From Candidatus Deferrimicrobiaceae bacterium (GTDB taxonomy: Bacteria; Desulfobacterota; Deferrimicrobia; Deferrimicrobiales; Deferrimicrobiaceae), in assembly GCA_963792415.1 (NCBI GenBank), contig CAWBVY010000004.1, positions 1,167-65,166 of the forward strand: a stretch of 64,000 nt of DNA, read 5' to 3'. Positions 39,390 through 48,752 of this stretch are shown one piece after another. Each line of letters begins with the position of its first letter. Position 1 is the stretch's first letter. The translations under genes were made by a program, and so were the position numbers. A model generated the notes under the pieces. That model had not been told where the DNA came from. It ran no database searches and saw nothing but the letters and a program-made list of their open reading frames with translations.

Positions 39390-40561
39390 GGGCGGTCTCC
39401 CGATAGGATCTCCCGGATCGCCTCGCAGACGTAATCGACGTCGGCGTCGGACATCCCGGGGAACAGGGGGAGCGAGACGATCCCCTTCCCGGCCCGTTCG
39501 GTGTCGGGCAGGTCGCCCTCCCGCGTTCCGAACCGTTCCCGGACGTACGAGAGGAGGTGGCACGGGGGGAAGTGAAGCCCCACGCCGACGTTCCGCCCCG
39601 CGAGGGCGCCGATGACGGCGTCCCGGTCCATCCCCGTGATCTTGACGATGAAAAGGTGCCACGAGTGGGCGTGCGCGTACGGGACCGCCTCCGGGAGATC
39701 GATCCCCGGGACGCCTTCGATCCCGGCGAGGTACCGTCTCGCGAGCTCGGCCCGGCGGGCGTTCAGCGCCGCCACCTTGCGCATCTGGACCACCCCGACC
39801 GCGGCGTGGAGGTCGGTCAGGTTGTACTTGTACCCCGGCTCCCGGATGTCGTAGTGCGGGGTACCCCCCTTCCCGTACCGCTTCCACGCGTCCCGCTCGA
39901 TCCCGTGGAACCGGAGCAGCCGAAGGCGGGCGGCGAGGGCGTCGTCGTAACAGGTGACCATTCCCCCCTCGGCCGTCGTGATGTTCTTGATCGGGTGGAA
40001 GGAGAAGATGGCGATGTTCCCCGGGGTGCCGGGACGCGGAGGGCCGCCGGCGGGGACGCCCTTGTACACGGTACCCACGGCGTGCGCGGCGTCCTCGATC
40101 ACGGGGATCCCGGCGCGGTCCGCCGCCGCACGGATCGGGTCGAGGTCGGCCGGCGCGCCGGCGAAATGGACGGGGAGGATCGCCTTCGTGCGGGGGGTGA
40201 TCCTTGCCGCGAGCGCGTCGGGCCGCACCTGGAGCGTCCCGTAGTCCACGTCGGCGAAAACGGGCGTCGCCCCGCGCAGGACGATCTGGTTGACGGTGGA
40301 GGCGAACGTCATCGAGGGGGTGGCCACCTCGTCCCCCGGGCCGATCCCCAGGGCCGAGAGGACGATGTGGAGCCCGGCGGTGGCGGAAGTGACCGCGACC
40401 GCGTGCGGCGCCCCGGTGGTTTCGCGGAAGATCCCCTCCAGTTCGGCGACTTTCGGTCCGCTCGTGATCCAGCCGGAGCGCAGCGACTCCGCGACCGCCG
40501 CCACCTCTTCCTCGCCGAGGGCGGGACGGGACAACGGCAGGAAATCGTCACGGATCTTCAA
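39386..40561 (-). CDS. arnB: UDP-4-amino-4-deoxy-L-arabinose--oxoglutarate aminotransferase ArnB (DegT/DnrJ/EryC1 family, PLP-dependent).
   Basis: FLPLSRPALGEEEVAAVAESLRSGWITSGPK ... AVTSATAGLHIVLSALGIGPGDEVATPSMTF ... FSFHPIKNITTAEGG ... GYKYNLTDLHAA is near-colinear with E. coli ArnB. Confidence 0.9.
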   Translation of the reverse strand: MKIRDDFLPLSRPALGEEEVAAVAESLRSGWITSGPKVAELEGIFRETTGAPHAVAVTSATAGLHIVLSALGIGPGDEVATPSMTFASTVNQIVLRGATPVFADVDYGTLQVRPDALAARITPRTKAILPVHFAGAPADLDPIRAAADRAGIPVIEDAAHAVGTVYKGVPAGGPPRPGTPGNIAIFSFHPIKNITTAEGGMVTCYDDALAARLRLLRFHGIERDAWKRYGKGGTPHYDIREPGYKYNLTDLHAAVGVVQMRKVAALNARRAELARRYLAGIEGVPGIDLPEAVPYAHAHSWHLFIVKITGMDRDAVIGALAGRNVGVGLHFPPCHLLSYVRERFGTREGDLPDTERAGKGIVSLPLFPGMSDADVDYVCEAIREILSGDRP

Positions 40562-40613
40562 GGGCGCGTCCGTTCCTCGCGGCGTGGTGGGGTGAGGAGG
40601 CCAGCCTCCTGCG

Positions 40614-42293
40614 TCAGAGCCGGTTCACGATGAGGATACCTTCATCGGACCGGTAGAGCAACCGGTGGCCGGGGAACTTCTCGCGAAACAGGGGAAGCTT
40701 GTCCCTGCGACCCACGCAGAAGACGCGGGCCGGCGAATTCCACAGGACGAGGAACGCCGCGTCGTCGAGGAAGAACGCTTTCCGGTCCGCCGCCCGGTCT
40801 GCACCGAACTCGAGCTCCCCCACGTAGCCCACGAGGACGCATCGCCGCTTCGTGTAGAAGGGAAGCCCCTGGCGATACGTCTCGTACTGCGCCACGACGT
40901 CGCCCTCGCGCAGGGAGGCGGAGAGGACGGCGGAGAGCTTCTTCACGGACTTGTAGTTTCCGAGATACTCCGCCGCCGGGCGGTTGAGGGAGGAGAGGAA
41001 CAGGGCGAGGAGCAGGAACGACAGGCAGACGACCCGCTCCGCCGAGAGCCGGCGGACGAACAGCGGCATCACGCCCCACGCAAGGATCAGCGCCGCGGGT
41101 AGGGCGCACAGCGGGACCCACCGCGACGGCTCGATCGGGTACCGTGTGAACGAGGGAAACAGCACGATCCCGGCGGAAAGAATCGCCCCCAACGCGAGGG
41201 GAAACCGGCAACGGACGCTCCCATCCTCCCGGTCGACCCACAGGTCGAGTGCGCGCCCGAAGAGGACGGCGAGCGGAGGGAACAGCGGCGCCGCGTAGGT
41301 GACGAGCTTCGAGCCGGAGAAGGAGAAGAAGAGGAAGATGAAAAGGACCCAGCAGAAGAGGAACCGCCGGTCCTCCGCGGGCAGGTAGGTCCCCCGCGCA
41401 TCCCATGCGGCGCGAACGGCGCGGCGCGCGAAGGCCAGCCACGGAAGAAGTCCCCCGATCACGATGGGGAAGAAGAACCAGAACGGCTCGTAATGATGGT
41501 GCATCTTCGTCGTGAAGCGCAGGAAGTGCTCCCGGACGAAGAAGAACCAGAGGAAATCCGGGTTCGCCCGCTGCACGAGGAGGACCCACGGCAGGGCGAT
41601 CGCCAGGAACAGGGCGAGCCCGGGGAGGGAGATCGCCTTTCCGATCTCCCGTTGACGCCGGGACAGCACCATCCAGAGGACGAGGATCGCCGCGGGGAAG
41701 ACGATCCCGATCAACCCCTTCGCGAGGAACGCGAGGGCGGCGCCCGCGTACGAGAGGAGCAGGTACCTCCGGCTCTCCCGCTTCCCCGACAGATGGAGGT
41801 AGGCGGGAAATATCGCGAGGACCATCGTGACGGCGAGCGTCATGTCGAGGGTGTTGATCCGCCCGACGATGTAGTGGTAGAGGGAGGTGCAGAGCACCAT
41901 CGCGGAGAAGAGGCCGGCCCGGGGACCCGCGAGAACCGCGCCCATCCAGTACGTGAGGAGCACCCCCGCGATCGAAACGGTGGCGGTGAAGAGCCTCGCC
42001 GAGAACTCGCTCTCCCCGAAGAGGGCGAAGGAGACCGCGTTTCCCCAGTAGAAGAGCGGCGGTTTCTCGAGGTAGACCACGCCGTTCAGGTGCGGGGTGA
42101 CGAAGTCGCCCCGGGCGAGCATCTCCCTCGGGATCTCCGCGTACCGCCCTTCGTCGGGCTCGAGGAGAGGGAGGGTTCCCAGCCCGGTGTAGTAGATGAC
42201 CGCGACGGAGAGGAAGAAGAGCGCGACGGCGCGACGGCTCAAGCTGCGCCTCCGAAGTAGGTTCGTGGCGGCATGCACCGGATTATATCCCAA
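40614..42293 (-). CDS. arnT: Undecaprenyl-phosphate-alpha-L-Ara4N:lipid A arabinosyltransferase ArnT (GT83/PMT family).
   Basis: LPLLEPDEGRYAEIPREMLARGDFVTPHLNGVVYLEKPPLFYW (GT83 DE motif and first periplasmic loop); 12-13 TM segments. Confidence 0.85.
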   Translation of the reverse strand: MGYNPVHAATNLLRRRSLSRRAVALFFLSVAVIYYTGLGTLPLLEPDEGRYAEIPREMLARGDFVTPHLNGVVYLEKPPLFYWGNAVSFALFGESEFSARLFTATVSIAGVLLTYWMGAVLAGPRAGLFSAMVLCTSLYHYIVGRINTLDMTLAVTMVLAIFPAYLHLSGKRESRRYLLLSYAGAALAFLAKGLIGIVFPAAILVLWMVLSRRQREIGKAISLPGLALFLAIALPWVLLVQRANPDFLWFFFVREHFLRFTTKMHHHYEPFWFFFPIVIGGLLPWLAFARRAVRAAWDARGTYLPAEDRRFLFCWVLFIFLFFSFSGSKLVTYAAPLFPPLAVLFGRALDLWVDREDGSVRCRFPLALGAILSAGIVLFPSFTRYPIEPSRWVPLCALPAALILAWGVMPLFVRRLSAERVVCLSFLLLALFLSSLNRPAAEYLGNYKSVKKLSAVLSASLREGDVVAQYETYRQGLPFYTKRRCVLVGYVGELEFGADRAADRKAFFLDDAAFLVLWNSPARVFCVGRRDKLPLFREKFPGHRLLYRSDEGILIVNRL

Positions 42294-42373
42294 TCCGCGG
42301 CGCGCGGATCCCGCGGCGCGCGGTCTGCTATAATGTGCGGCGACGTTCGAGCCGACCCGAAAAGGAGAATTTC

Positions 42374-42874
42374 ATGCGTCACCTCGCCGCTCCAATCGTC
42401 GCCCTGCTCGCCGCCGCGTGGGCCCTGTCCCTCCCCTTCCCCGCCGCCACCGCCGCGGATATCGTCGCCGCCCCGACCGGGGTGACGATCCCGAAGGGGT
42501 ACCGGAACTGGCAGGTCGTCGCCCCGTCCCAGCGCGACGACAAGGACGAGATCCGGGTGATCCTCGGAAACAACATCGCGATGAGGGCCCTTCGCGCGAA
42601 GCGGCTCCCCTTTCCGGACGGCGCGATCCTCGCGAAGCTGGCGTGGAAGCGGGTCAAGTCCGCAGAGTTCGACAACACCTTCGTCCCCGGCGAACCGCAG
42701 CGGATCGAATTCATGGTGAAGGATACGAAACGGTACGCCTCCACCGGCGGCTGGGGATTCGGCCGGTTCATCGATGGGAAGCCCGCCGACGAGGCGGCCC
42801 ACGCCACCTGTTTCCCCTGTCACCAGGTCAACGTCAAGAATCACGATTTCGTCTTCACGCGATACGCACCGTAA
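42374..42874 (+). CDS. Cytochrome P460 family protein (periplasmic mono-heme c).
   Basis: Signal peptide MRHLAAPIVALLAAAWALSLPFPAATA. C-terminal heme site TCFPCHQ (CxxCH). ~165 aa with the characteristic NWQVVAPSQRDD / KLAWK pattern. RBS AAAGGAG. Confidence 0.6.
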   Translation: MRHLAAPIVALLAAAWALSLPFPAATAADIVAAPTGVTIPKGYRNWQVVAPSQRDDKDEIRVILGNNIAMRALRAKRLPFPDGAILAKLAWKRVKSAEFDNTFVPGEPQRIEFMVKDTKRYASTGGWGFGRFIDGKPADEAAHATCFPCHQVNVKNHDFVFTRYAP

Positions 42875-42896
42875 CGCGGGGCCAAGGGACCGTTTC

Positions 42897-43706
42897 ATGG
42901 GATTCCACGTCACGCCGCTGCGCAGCGGAAGTTCCGGGAACCTGACGCTCGTGGAGCACGCGGGGACCGTCCTCCTGGTCGACGCGGGGTTGCCGTCCCA
43001 GCGAGGTCTCGTGGCCGCGCTCGAAGAGGTCGACCGCTCCTGGGACGACGTGGACGCGCTGCTGGTCTCCCACCTCCACAGCGACCATGTGAACGGCTCC
43101 GCGGTGGGATGCTGCGCCCGGTTCGAGATTCCGATCCACCTCCACCGGAGAAACCTGGACGGGTTCTCGAAGAAGGTTCTCTCCCGGTCCCCCGGTTCCT
43201 GTCCTGTCCGCCCCTTCACGGACGGAGAGGCGTTCTCGATCGGGGCGATCGGGATCGAGCCGTTCCGCGTTCCCCACGACGCGCGGGGAGTCACCTGCGG
43301 ATTCGCCCTCACCTCGGCCTCCCGCGACGTCCGCGTCTCGATGGCGACCGATCTCGGCCAGAACGAGAACGGCGTCTTCGAGCGGTTCCTCGACAGCGAC
43401 CTGATCCTGATCGAGGCGAACTACGACGAAGAGATGCTGAACCGGAGCCCCCGGCTCGATCGGGGACGGGTGGGGTCGAGCGTGGGGCACTTTTCGAACG
43501 CCCAGGCCGGAAAATTCCTGGTGCGGGTCCTCCAGGAGAGCCGGAAGGCGCCGCAGGCCGTCGTACTGTGCCACTTGAGCGCGGACCACAACACGCCGGA
43601 ACTGGCCCGCCGCACCGTTCGTGGGATCCTCTCCGACCACCGCTTCGGCGACGTGCCGGTCCACGCGGCCCGCAGGGAAGGGCCGTCGCGGAAATTCACC
43701 GTTTGA
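42897..43706 (+). CDS. MBL-fold metallo-hydrolase.
   Basis: HxHxDH motif (VSHLHSDHVNG) and downstream H/D ligands. 269 aa. Confidence 0.7.
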   Translation: MGFHVTPLRSGSSGNLTLVEHAGTVLLVDAGLPSQRGLVAALEEVDRSWDDVDALLVSHLHSDHVNGSAVGCCARFEIPIHLHRRNLDGFSKKVLSRSPGSCPVRPFTDGEAFSIGAIGIEPFRVPHDARGVTCGFALTSASRDVRVSMATDLGQNENGVFERFLDSDLILIEANYDEEMLNRSPRLDRGRVGSSVGHFSNAQAGKFLVRVLQESRKAPQAVVLCHLSADHNTPELARRTVRGILSDHRFGDVPVHAARREGPSRKFTV

Positions 43707-43767
43707 CCTTGAATACTTCGAGCGTCGGATCCGTCAAAATAGCGCGAGAAATCGCGGGAGGGTGTTC

Positions 43768-44388
43768 ATGCGAACCATCGTGAGCCTCGCGGCGATCGCC
43801 GCCCTGTTCCTGTCGATCCTGTCCGGTTGTGCGGCGCAAAACGGGGGGGTGCGGGAGCATCAGGGGGCGGCGGTCGGCGTCGGGGCCGGGGCGGTGGGCG
43901 GCGCGGTCGTCGGAGGGCTGCTCGGCGGAAAGCGCGGCGCGGTCGCCGGCGGGCTCCTGGGCGCACTCGCCGGCGGGCTCCTGGGCAACTACCACGACGA
44001 GCGGGAGAAAAATCTCGCGGAGACGCGGCGCGCTCACACGGACTACGACGCGGCCAAGGGATCGCGCCTCAAGATCGAGCAGCTCCGGGCCAACCCCCCC
44101 GCGGCCGCCCCCGGCGACACGGTCGAGATCCAGCTGACGTACGCCGTCCTCACCCCGAGGGAAGACGTGATGGTCCCCGTCCGGGAGTACCGGGAGATCC
44201 TCTTCGGGGGCAGCAAGGTGGGGGAGGCCTCGGTCGACATCGAGCGCGAGGGTGGCACCTGGCGCTCCGTCGTCTCCATCACGCTCCCCGGGAACGCCCG
44301 TCCGGGGAAGTACCGCGTCGTCGCCTCGGTGGAGTCTCGAGGCGGCGGGAAGGACATCGAGGAGATCACGTTCCGCGTACACCCGTGA
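43768..44388 (+). CDS. Glycine-zipper lipoprotein (hypothetical).
   Basis: Lipobox LSGCAA; Gly-zipper [40 protein letters not shown]; C-terminal beta-rich domain. Confidence 0.55.
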   Translation: MRTIVSLAAIAALFLSILSGCAAQNGGVREHQGAAVGVGAGAVGGAVVGGLLGGKRGAVAGGLLGALAGGLLGNYHDEREKNLAETRRAHTDYDAAKGSRLKIEQLRANPPAAAPGDTVEIQLTYAVLTPREDVMVPVREYREILFGGSKVGEASVDIEREGGTWRSVVSITLPGNARPGKYRVVASVESRGGGKDIEEITFRVHP

Positions 44389-44440
44389 TGCGCTCCTCGG
44401 CGGTGATCCCTTCCCTTGCCGTTTCCGGTACAATCGGGAG

Positions 44441-46657
44441 ATGATGAAGACCACCCTCCGGAAGCAGGACCTCGACCTCCTCGTCGGCGCCCGTCACTGG
44501 GACCCCTTCTCCGTCCTCGGCCCCCATGTCCTGGAAGAGAAAGGAAAGCGTTTCGTCTCCGTACGGGCGATCCAGCCCCGGGCCCGCGAGGTCCAGGTGG
44601 TGCGCACCACCGGCGCGACGCGGCGCGCCTCCATGTCCCGCGTCCACCCCGACGGGGTGTTCGAGGCGCTCTTCCCGCTCGACACCGAGATCTTCCCGTA
44701 TCGGCTCGAGATCACCGGTAGCGACGGCTACCGGTGGACGCAGCACGACCCCTACGCGTTCGGGACGGTCCTCGCCGATTTCGACATCCACCTCCTGTCC
44801 GAAGGGAGCCACCTGGCGCAGTACGAGAAGCTGGGGAGCCATGTCGTCGACATCGGCGGAACCCGGGGCACGGCGTTCGCGGTGTGGGCGCCCAACGCGG
44901 AGCGCGTCTCCGTCGTCTGCAATTTCAACCATTGGGACGGCCGCGTGCACCCGATGCGCAACCGGGGAGCTTCCGGGATCTGGGAAATCTTCCTCCCCGG
45001 CGTCGTCGAGGAGGAGGTCTACAAGTACGAGATCCGCGCCCGGGGCACGGGCGAACTGCTCGCCAAGACCGACCCGTTCGGCTTCCGATTCGAGCTCCCG
45101 CCGCGGACGGGAACGATCGTCTGCGACATCGAAGGGTACGAGTGGGGGGACGCCTCCTGGATGGAGAGCCGCGCGCAGCGAAGCATCCTCGAGGCGCCCA
45201 TGGCGGTGTACGAGGTCCACCTGGGCTCCTGGAAACGGAAGGAGGGCGAGGAGGGGCCGTACCTGTCGTACCGGGAATTGGCCGACGACCTCGTCCCCTA
45301 CGTCAAGGGGATGGGATACACCCACATCGAGCTCCTCCCGGTGGCGGAGCATCCGTTCGACGGTTCGTGGGGGTACCAGGTGCTGGGGTACTTCGCGCCG
45401 ACGTCGCGCCACGGCCGCCCGGCCGGGTTCATGGAGTTCGTCGACCGGTGCCACCGCGAGGGGATCGGCGTCATCGTCGACTGGGTGCCGGCCCACTTTC
45501 CCCGCGACGCCCACGGGCTGGCGCAGTTCGACGGGACCCACCTCTACGAGCACGCCGACCCGCGGCGGGGGGAACAGCGCGAGTGGGGAACGCTCATCTT
45601 CAACTACGGACGCCGGGAGGTGGCGAACTTCCTCCTGTCGAACGCCCTCTTCTGGCTGGACAAGTACCACATCGACGGCCTTCGCGTGGACGCCGTGGCG
45701 TCGATGCTCTACCTCGACTACTCCCGGAAACCGGGCGAGTGGGTCCCGAACGTCCACGGGGGGAACGAGAACCTCGAAGCGATCGCCTTTCTCAAGCGGA
45801 TGAACGAACTGGTCCACGAACGGCACCCCGGGGCGATCACGGTGGCGGAGGAGTCGACCGCCTGGCCGGCCGTGTCGCGGCCGACGTACCTCGGGGGGCT
45901 CGGGTTCACCCTGAAGTGGAACATGGGATGGATGCACGACATGCTCTCCTTCATCGCGAAGGATCCGATCCACCGGAAATACCACTTCGGCCAGCTCACC
46001 TTCGCCCTGCTGTACGCCTTCCACGAAAACTTCGTCCTCCCCTTCTCCCACGACGAGGTCGTGCACCTGAAGCGCGCGATGCTCGACAAGATGCCGGGCG
46101 ACCTCTGGAGGAAGTTCGCCAACCTCCGGCTCCTCTACTCCTACATGTACGCCCACCCGGGAAAGAAGCTCCTTTTCATGGGGGGGGAGTTCGCCCAGTG
46201 GGAGGAGTGGAACCACGACAAGTCGCTCTCCTGGGAGCTGCTCCAGTGGGACACCCACCAGGGGGTGCAGCGGTTCGTCCGGGACCTGAACCGCCTCTAC
46301 CGGGAAACCCCCGGGCTCCACGAGGTCGACTTCCGACCCGAAGGCTTCGAGTGGATCGACTTCCGGGACGTGGACAACAGCATCGTCTCGTTCCTGCGCC
46401 GCGGGAAGGATCCGGACGACGCCGTCGTCTGCGTCTTCAACTTCACCCCCGCCCCGAGAGAGAAGTACCGCGTCGGCGTCCCCTGGCCCGGGCGATACCG
46501 CGAGGCGCTGAACAGCGACGCCGCGGCCTACGGCGGGAGCAACGCCGGAAACGGCGGCCTCATCCCGGCGGAGAGCATCCCGTGGATGGGGCATCCCCAT
46601 TCCGTCTCCCTCACACTTCCACCGCTGGGCGCTCTTTTTCTCCTGCCCGACCGGTAG
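44441..46657 (+). CDS. glgB: 1,4-alpha-glucan branching enzyme GlgB (GH13).
   Basis: Full-length colinearity with GlgB: CBM48 N-domain ([21 protein letters not shown]), catalytic [26 protein letters not shown], and the C-terminal domain. Confidence 0.95.
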   Translation: MMKTTLRKQDLDLLVGARHWDPFSVLGPHVLEEKGKRFVSVRAIQPRAREVQVVRTTGATRRASMSRVHPDGVFEALFPLDTEIFPYRLEITGSDGYRWTQHDPYAFGTVLADFDIHLLSEGSHLAQYEKLGSHVVDIGGTRGTAFAVWAPNAERVSVVCNFNHWDGRVHPMRNRGASGIWEIFLPGVVEEEVYKYEIRARGTGELLAKTDPFGFRFELPPRTGTIVCDIEGYEWGDASWMESRAQRSILEAPMAVYEVHLGSWKRKEGEEGPYLSYRELADDLVPYVKGMGYTHIELLPVAEHPFDGSWGYQVLGYFAPTSRHGRPAGFMEFVDRCHREGIGVIVDWVPAHFPRDAHGLAQFDGTHLYEHADPRRGEQREWGTLIFNYGRREVANFLLSNALFWLDKYHIDGLRVDAVASMLYLDYSRKPGEWVPNVHGGNENLEAIAFLKRMNELVHERHPGAITVAEESTAWPAVSRPTYLGGLGFTLKWNMGWMHDMLSFIAKDPIHRKYHFGQLTFALLYAFHENFVLPFSHDEVVHLKRAMLDKMPGDLWRKFANLRLLYSYMYAHPGKKLLFMGGEFAQWEEWNHDKSLSWELLQWDTHQGVQRFVRDLNRLYRETPGLHEVDFRPEGFEWIDFRDVDNSIVSFLRRGKDPDDAVVCVFNFTPAPREKYRVGVPWPGRYREALNSDAAAYGGSNAGNGGLIPAESIPWMGHPHSVSLTLPPLGALFLLPDR

Positions 46658-47890
46658 ATGATCCCCCCCGGGAACGGCGCGGTCGCCTCGACGTTCCGGG
46701 GGCTGCGCCACCGCAATTTCCGCCTCTGGTTCTTCGGCCAGCTCACCTCCCTGGTGGGCACCTGGATGCAGACGATCGCCCAGAACTGGCTCGTCTACCA
46801 GCTCACCGGCTCCGCGCGGGACCTCGGGCTCGTGAACTTCGTCGGGGCGATCCCCCTCGTTCCCCTCACCCTCTACGCCGGGGCGATCGCCGACCGCTTC
46901 GAGAAGCGCAGGGTGATCTTCTGGTGCCAGGCCGCGATGATGGCCCTCGCGTTCCTGCTCGCCGCCCTGTGCTGGACGGGGACGGTCCGCTTCTGGCACG
47001 TCCTCCTCCTGGCTTTCCTGCTCGGGGCCGTGCAGGCGCTGGACACTCCCGCCCGGCAAGCCTTCGTCGTGGAACTGGTGGGGAAGGAGGACCTGTCGAA
47101 CGCCATCGCCCTCAACTCCGGGGTATTCCACGCCGCGCGCGTCGTCGGCCCCGCCGCGGCCGGGGTACTCATCGCAGTCTCGGGCGTCGCGGGCGCCTTC
47201 TTCATCAACGGGGCGAGCTTCCTCGCCGTTCTGTTCGCCCTCTTCCTTATGGACGTGGCCCTGATCCGCCGGACCGGCGGGGGGGGCGAATCCGCGAAGG
47301 ACCTTCTTGGCGGGCTGCGGTACCTCCGGAGGGAGCGCCTCCCGCGGGCCATCGTCGTCCTGATCTCGCTGTCGGCCCTTTTCGCCATGCCGTACTACGT
47401 GCTGATCCCCATCTACGCGCGGGAGATCTTCGGTCGCGGGGCCCAGGGGTACGGGGTTCTGATGTCCGCGGCGGGAGTCGGCGCGGTCCTCGGGTCGCTC
47501 TACTCCGCGTCGCACAGCGTCGGCACGCACAAGGGGGCGGCCATCACGGCGGGGAGCCTGACGTTCCCCTTCCTGCTGCTGCCGTTCGCCTTCTGCAGAA
47601 GCTACCCGGTCGCCATCCTGCTCCTGGTCGGGGTCGGTTTCGCCTTCGTGGTGCAGAACGCCCCGGCGAATTCCCTCTTGCAGGAATTGGTGCCGGATCA
47701 CCTGCGCGGGCGGGTGATGGCGATCTACGTCTCCCTCTTCCTCGGCCTCCTGCGGGTGGGAAGCCTCCTGCTCGGGGGGCTGGCGGAGATGACCTCCGCC
47801 CCCGCCGCCATCGCCGCCCTCGGCGCCGCGGGCCTGCTCGTCGGCCTGTGGGTCCGCTTCCGGTACCCGGAGCTCCACCGCGCCGCGTGA
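46658..47890 (+). CDS. MFS transporter (EntS/MFS_3-like efflux).
   Basis: 12 TM; motif GAIADRFEKRRV. Start immediately follows the glgB stop (TAGATG). Confidence 0.8.
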   Translation: MIPPGNGAVASTFRGLRHRNFRLWFFGQLTSLVGTWMQTIAQNWLVYQLTGSARDLGLVNFVGAIPLVPLTLYAGAIADRFEKRRVIFWCQAAMMALAFLLAALCWTGTVRFWHVLLLAFLLGAVQALDTPARQAFVVELVGKEDLSNAIALNSGVFHAARVVGPAAAGVLIAVSGVAGAFFINGASFLAVLFALFLMDVALIRRTGGGGESAKDLLGGLRYLRRERLPRAIVVLISLSALFAMPYYVLIPIYAREIFGRGAQGYGVLMSAAGVGAVLGSLYSASHSVGTHKGAAITAGSLTFPFLLLPFAFCRSYPVAILLLVGVGFAFVVQNAPANSLLQELVPDHLRGRVMAIYVSLFLGLLRVGSLLLGGLAEMTSAPAAIAALGAAGLLVGLWVRFRYPELHRAA

Positions 47891-47904
47891 AATATAATCG
47901 TCAC

Positions 47905-48678
47905 ATGCGAACAAAACGGTTCGCCGGCCTGGTACTGCTCACCCTGCTCTGGGCATCGCACGCCTTCGCCTGGTCGTTCGCGGTGTGCGGCGACAGCCAG
48001 GACGACAGGGACGGGATCTTCCCGCAGATCCTTTCCGCCGTGGACAACTCCGACATGGAGTTCCTGCTCCACACGGGAGACATGGTCAACAGGGACGCGC
48101 CCGGCGAGTGAGACCTGTACCGCGAGGCGACGGCAAGGTTCGGCAAGCCGCTGCGCGTCGTGATCGGGAACCACGAGATCTACGGCGGGGGGACGCCAGA
48201 GAAGTTCGCGGAGAGGTTCGGCCTCCCCGGCGCATCCTGGTCGTTCACCCACAAGGACGCCCACTTTGCGATCGTCGACAACTCTAAGGGGACCTTCTCC
48301 GACAATGCCCTCGGGTGGCTCGACCGCGACCTCGCCGCCCACCCGAAGGGGAAGGACGGGATCGCGACCCTCATCGTGGCGATGCACTTTCCCCCGACCC
48401 CGGAAGGGATCCGCCCCCACGGGACCCGGTACGACTACGAGGAGCGGAGCGCGAAGCTTCTCGGGATCCTGAAGCGGCACGGCGTGGACGCCGTCCTGAG
48501 CGGCCACGAGCACATGCAGCATGTGGAGGATTGGGAAGGGGTCCTGCTGCTGATCTCCGGCGGCGCGGGCGCCCCGCTCGCGCCGTTCCAGAGGTACGGA
48601 TACTACCGGATCGACGTCGAGAACGGCAAGCTGAAGGAAACGTTCCAGCGCGTCCGGCCCGCCAAAAAACCCCGATAA
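47905..48678 (+). pseudogene. Secreted metallophosphoesterase (calcineurin-like) interrupted by a single in-frame TGA at 48109-48111. Either a nonsense mutation or a sequencing error.
   Basis: Signal peptide MRTKRFAGLVLLTLLWASHAFA. Motif I AVCGDSQ and motif II HTGDMVNRD lie before the stop. GNHE (VVIGNHEIY), motif V (GHEH) and the rest continue in the same frame after the TGA. A Trp (TGG) is expected at the stop position. Confidence 0.65.
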
Positions 48679-48752
48679 CAGGATCGCAAAAGCGAAATCG
48701 GCGCCGGGGGAACAATCCCCCGGCGCCGGTTTCCGTTCAGGACACGGTTATA

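Noticed and set aside
44366-48111. 1182-aa minus-strand ORF and 1125-aa plus-strand off-frame ORF spanning glgB and the MFS gene
   Set aside because: GC-skewed spurious ORFs. glgB and the MFS transporter are unambiguous in their own frames.
48109-48111. Selenocysteine recoding at the in-frame TGA of the metallophosphoesterase
   Set aside because: No SECIS-like stem-loop immediately downstream. The family normally has Trp or another standard residue here.
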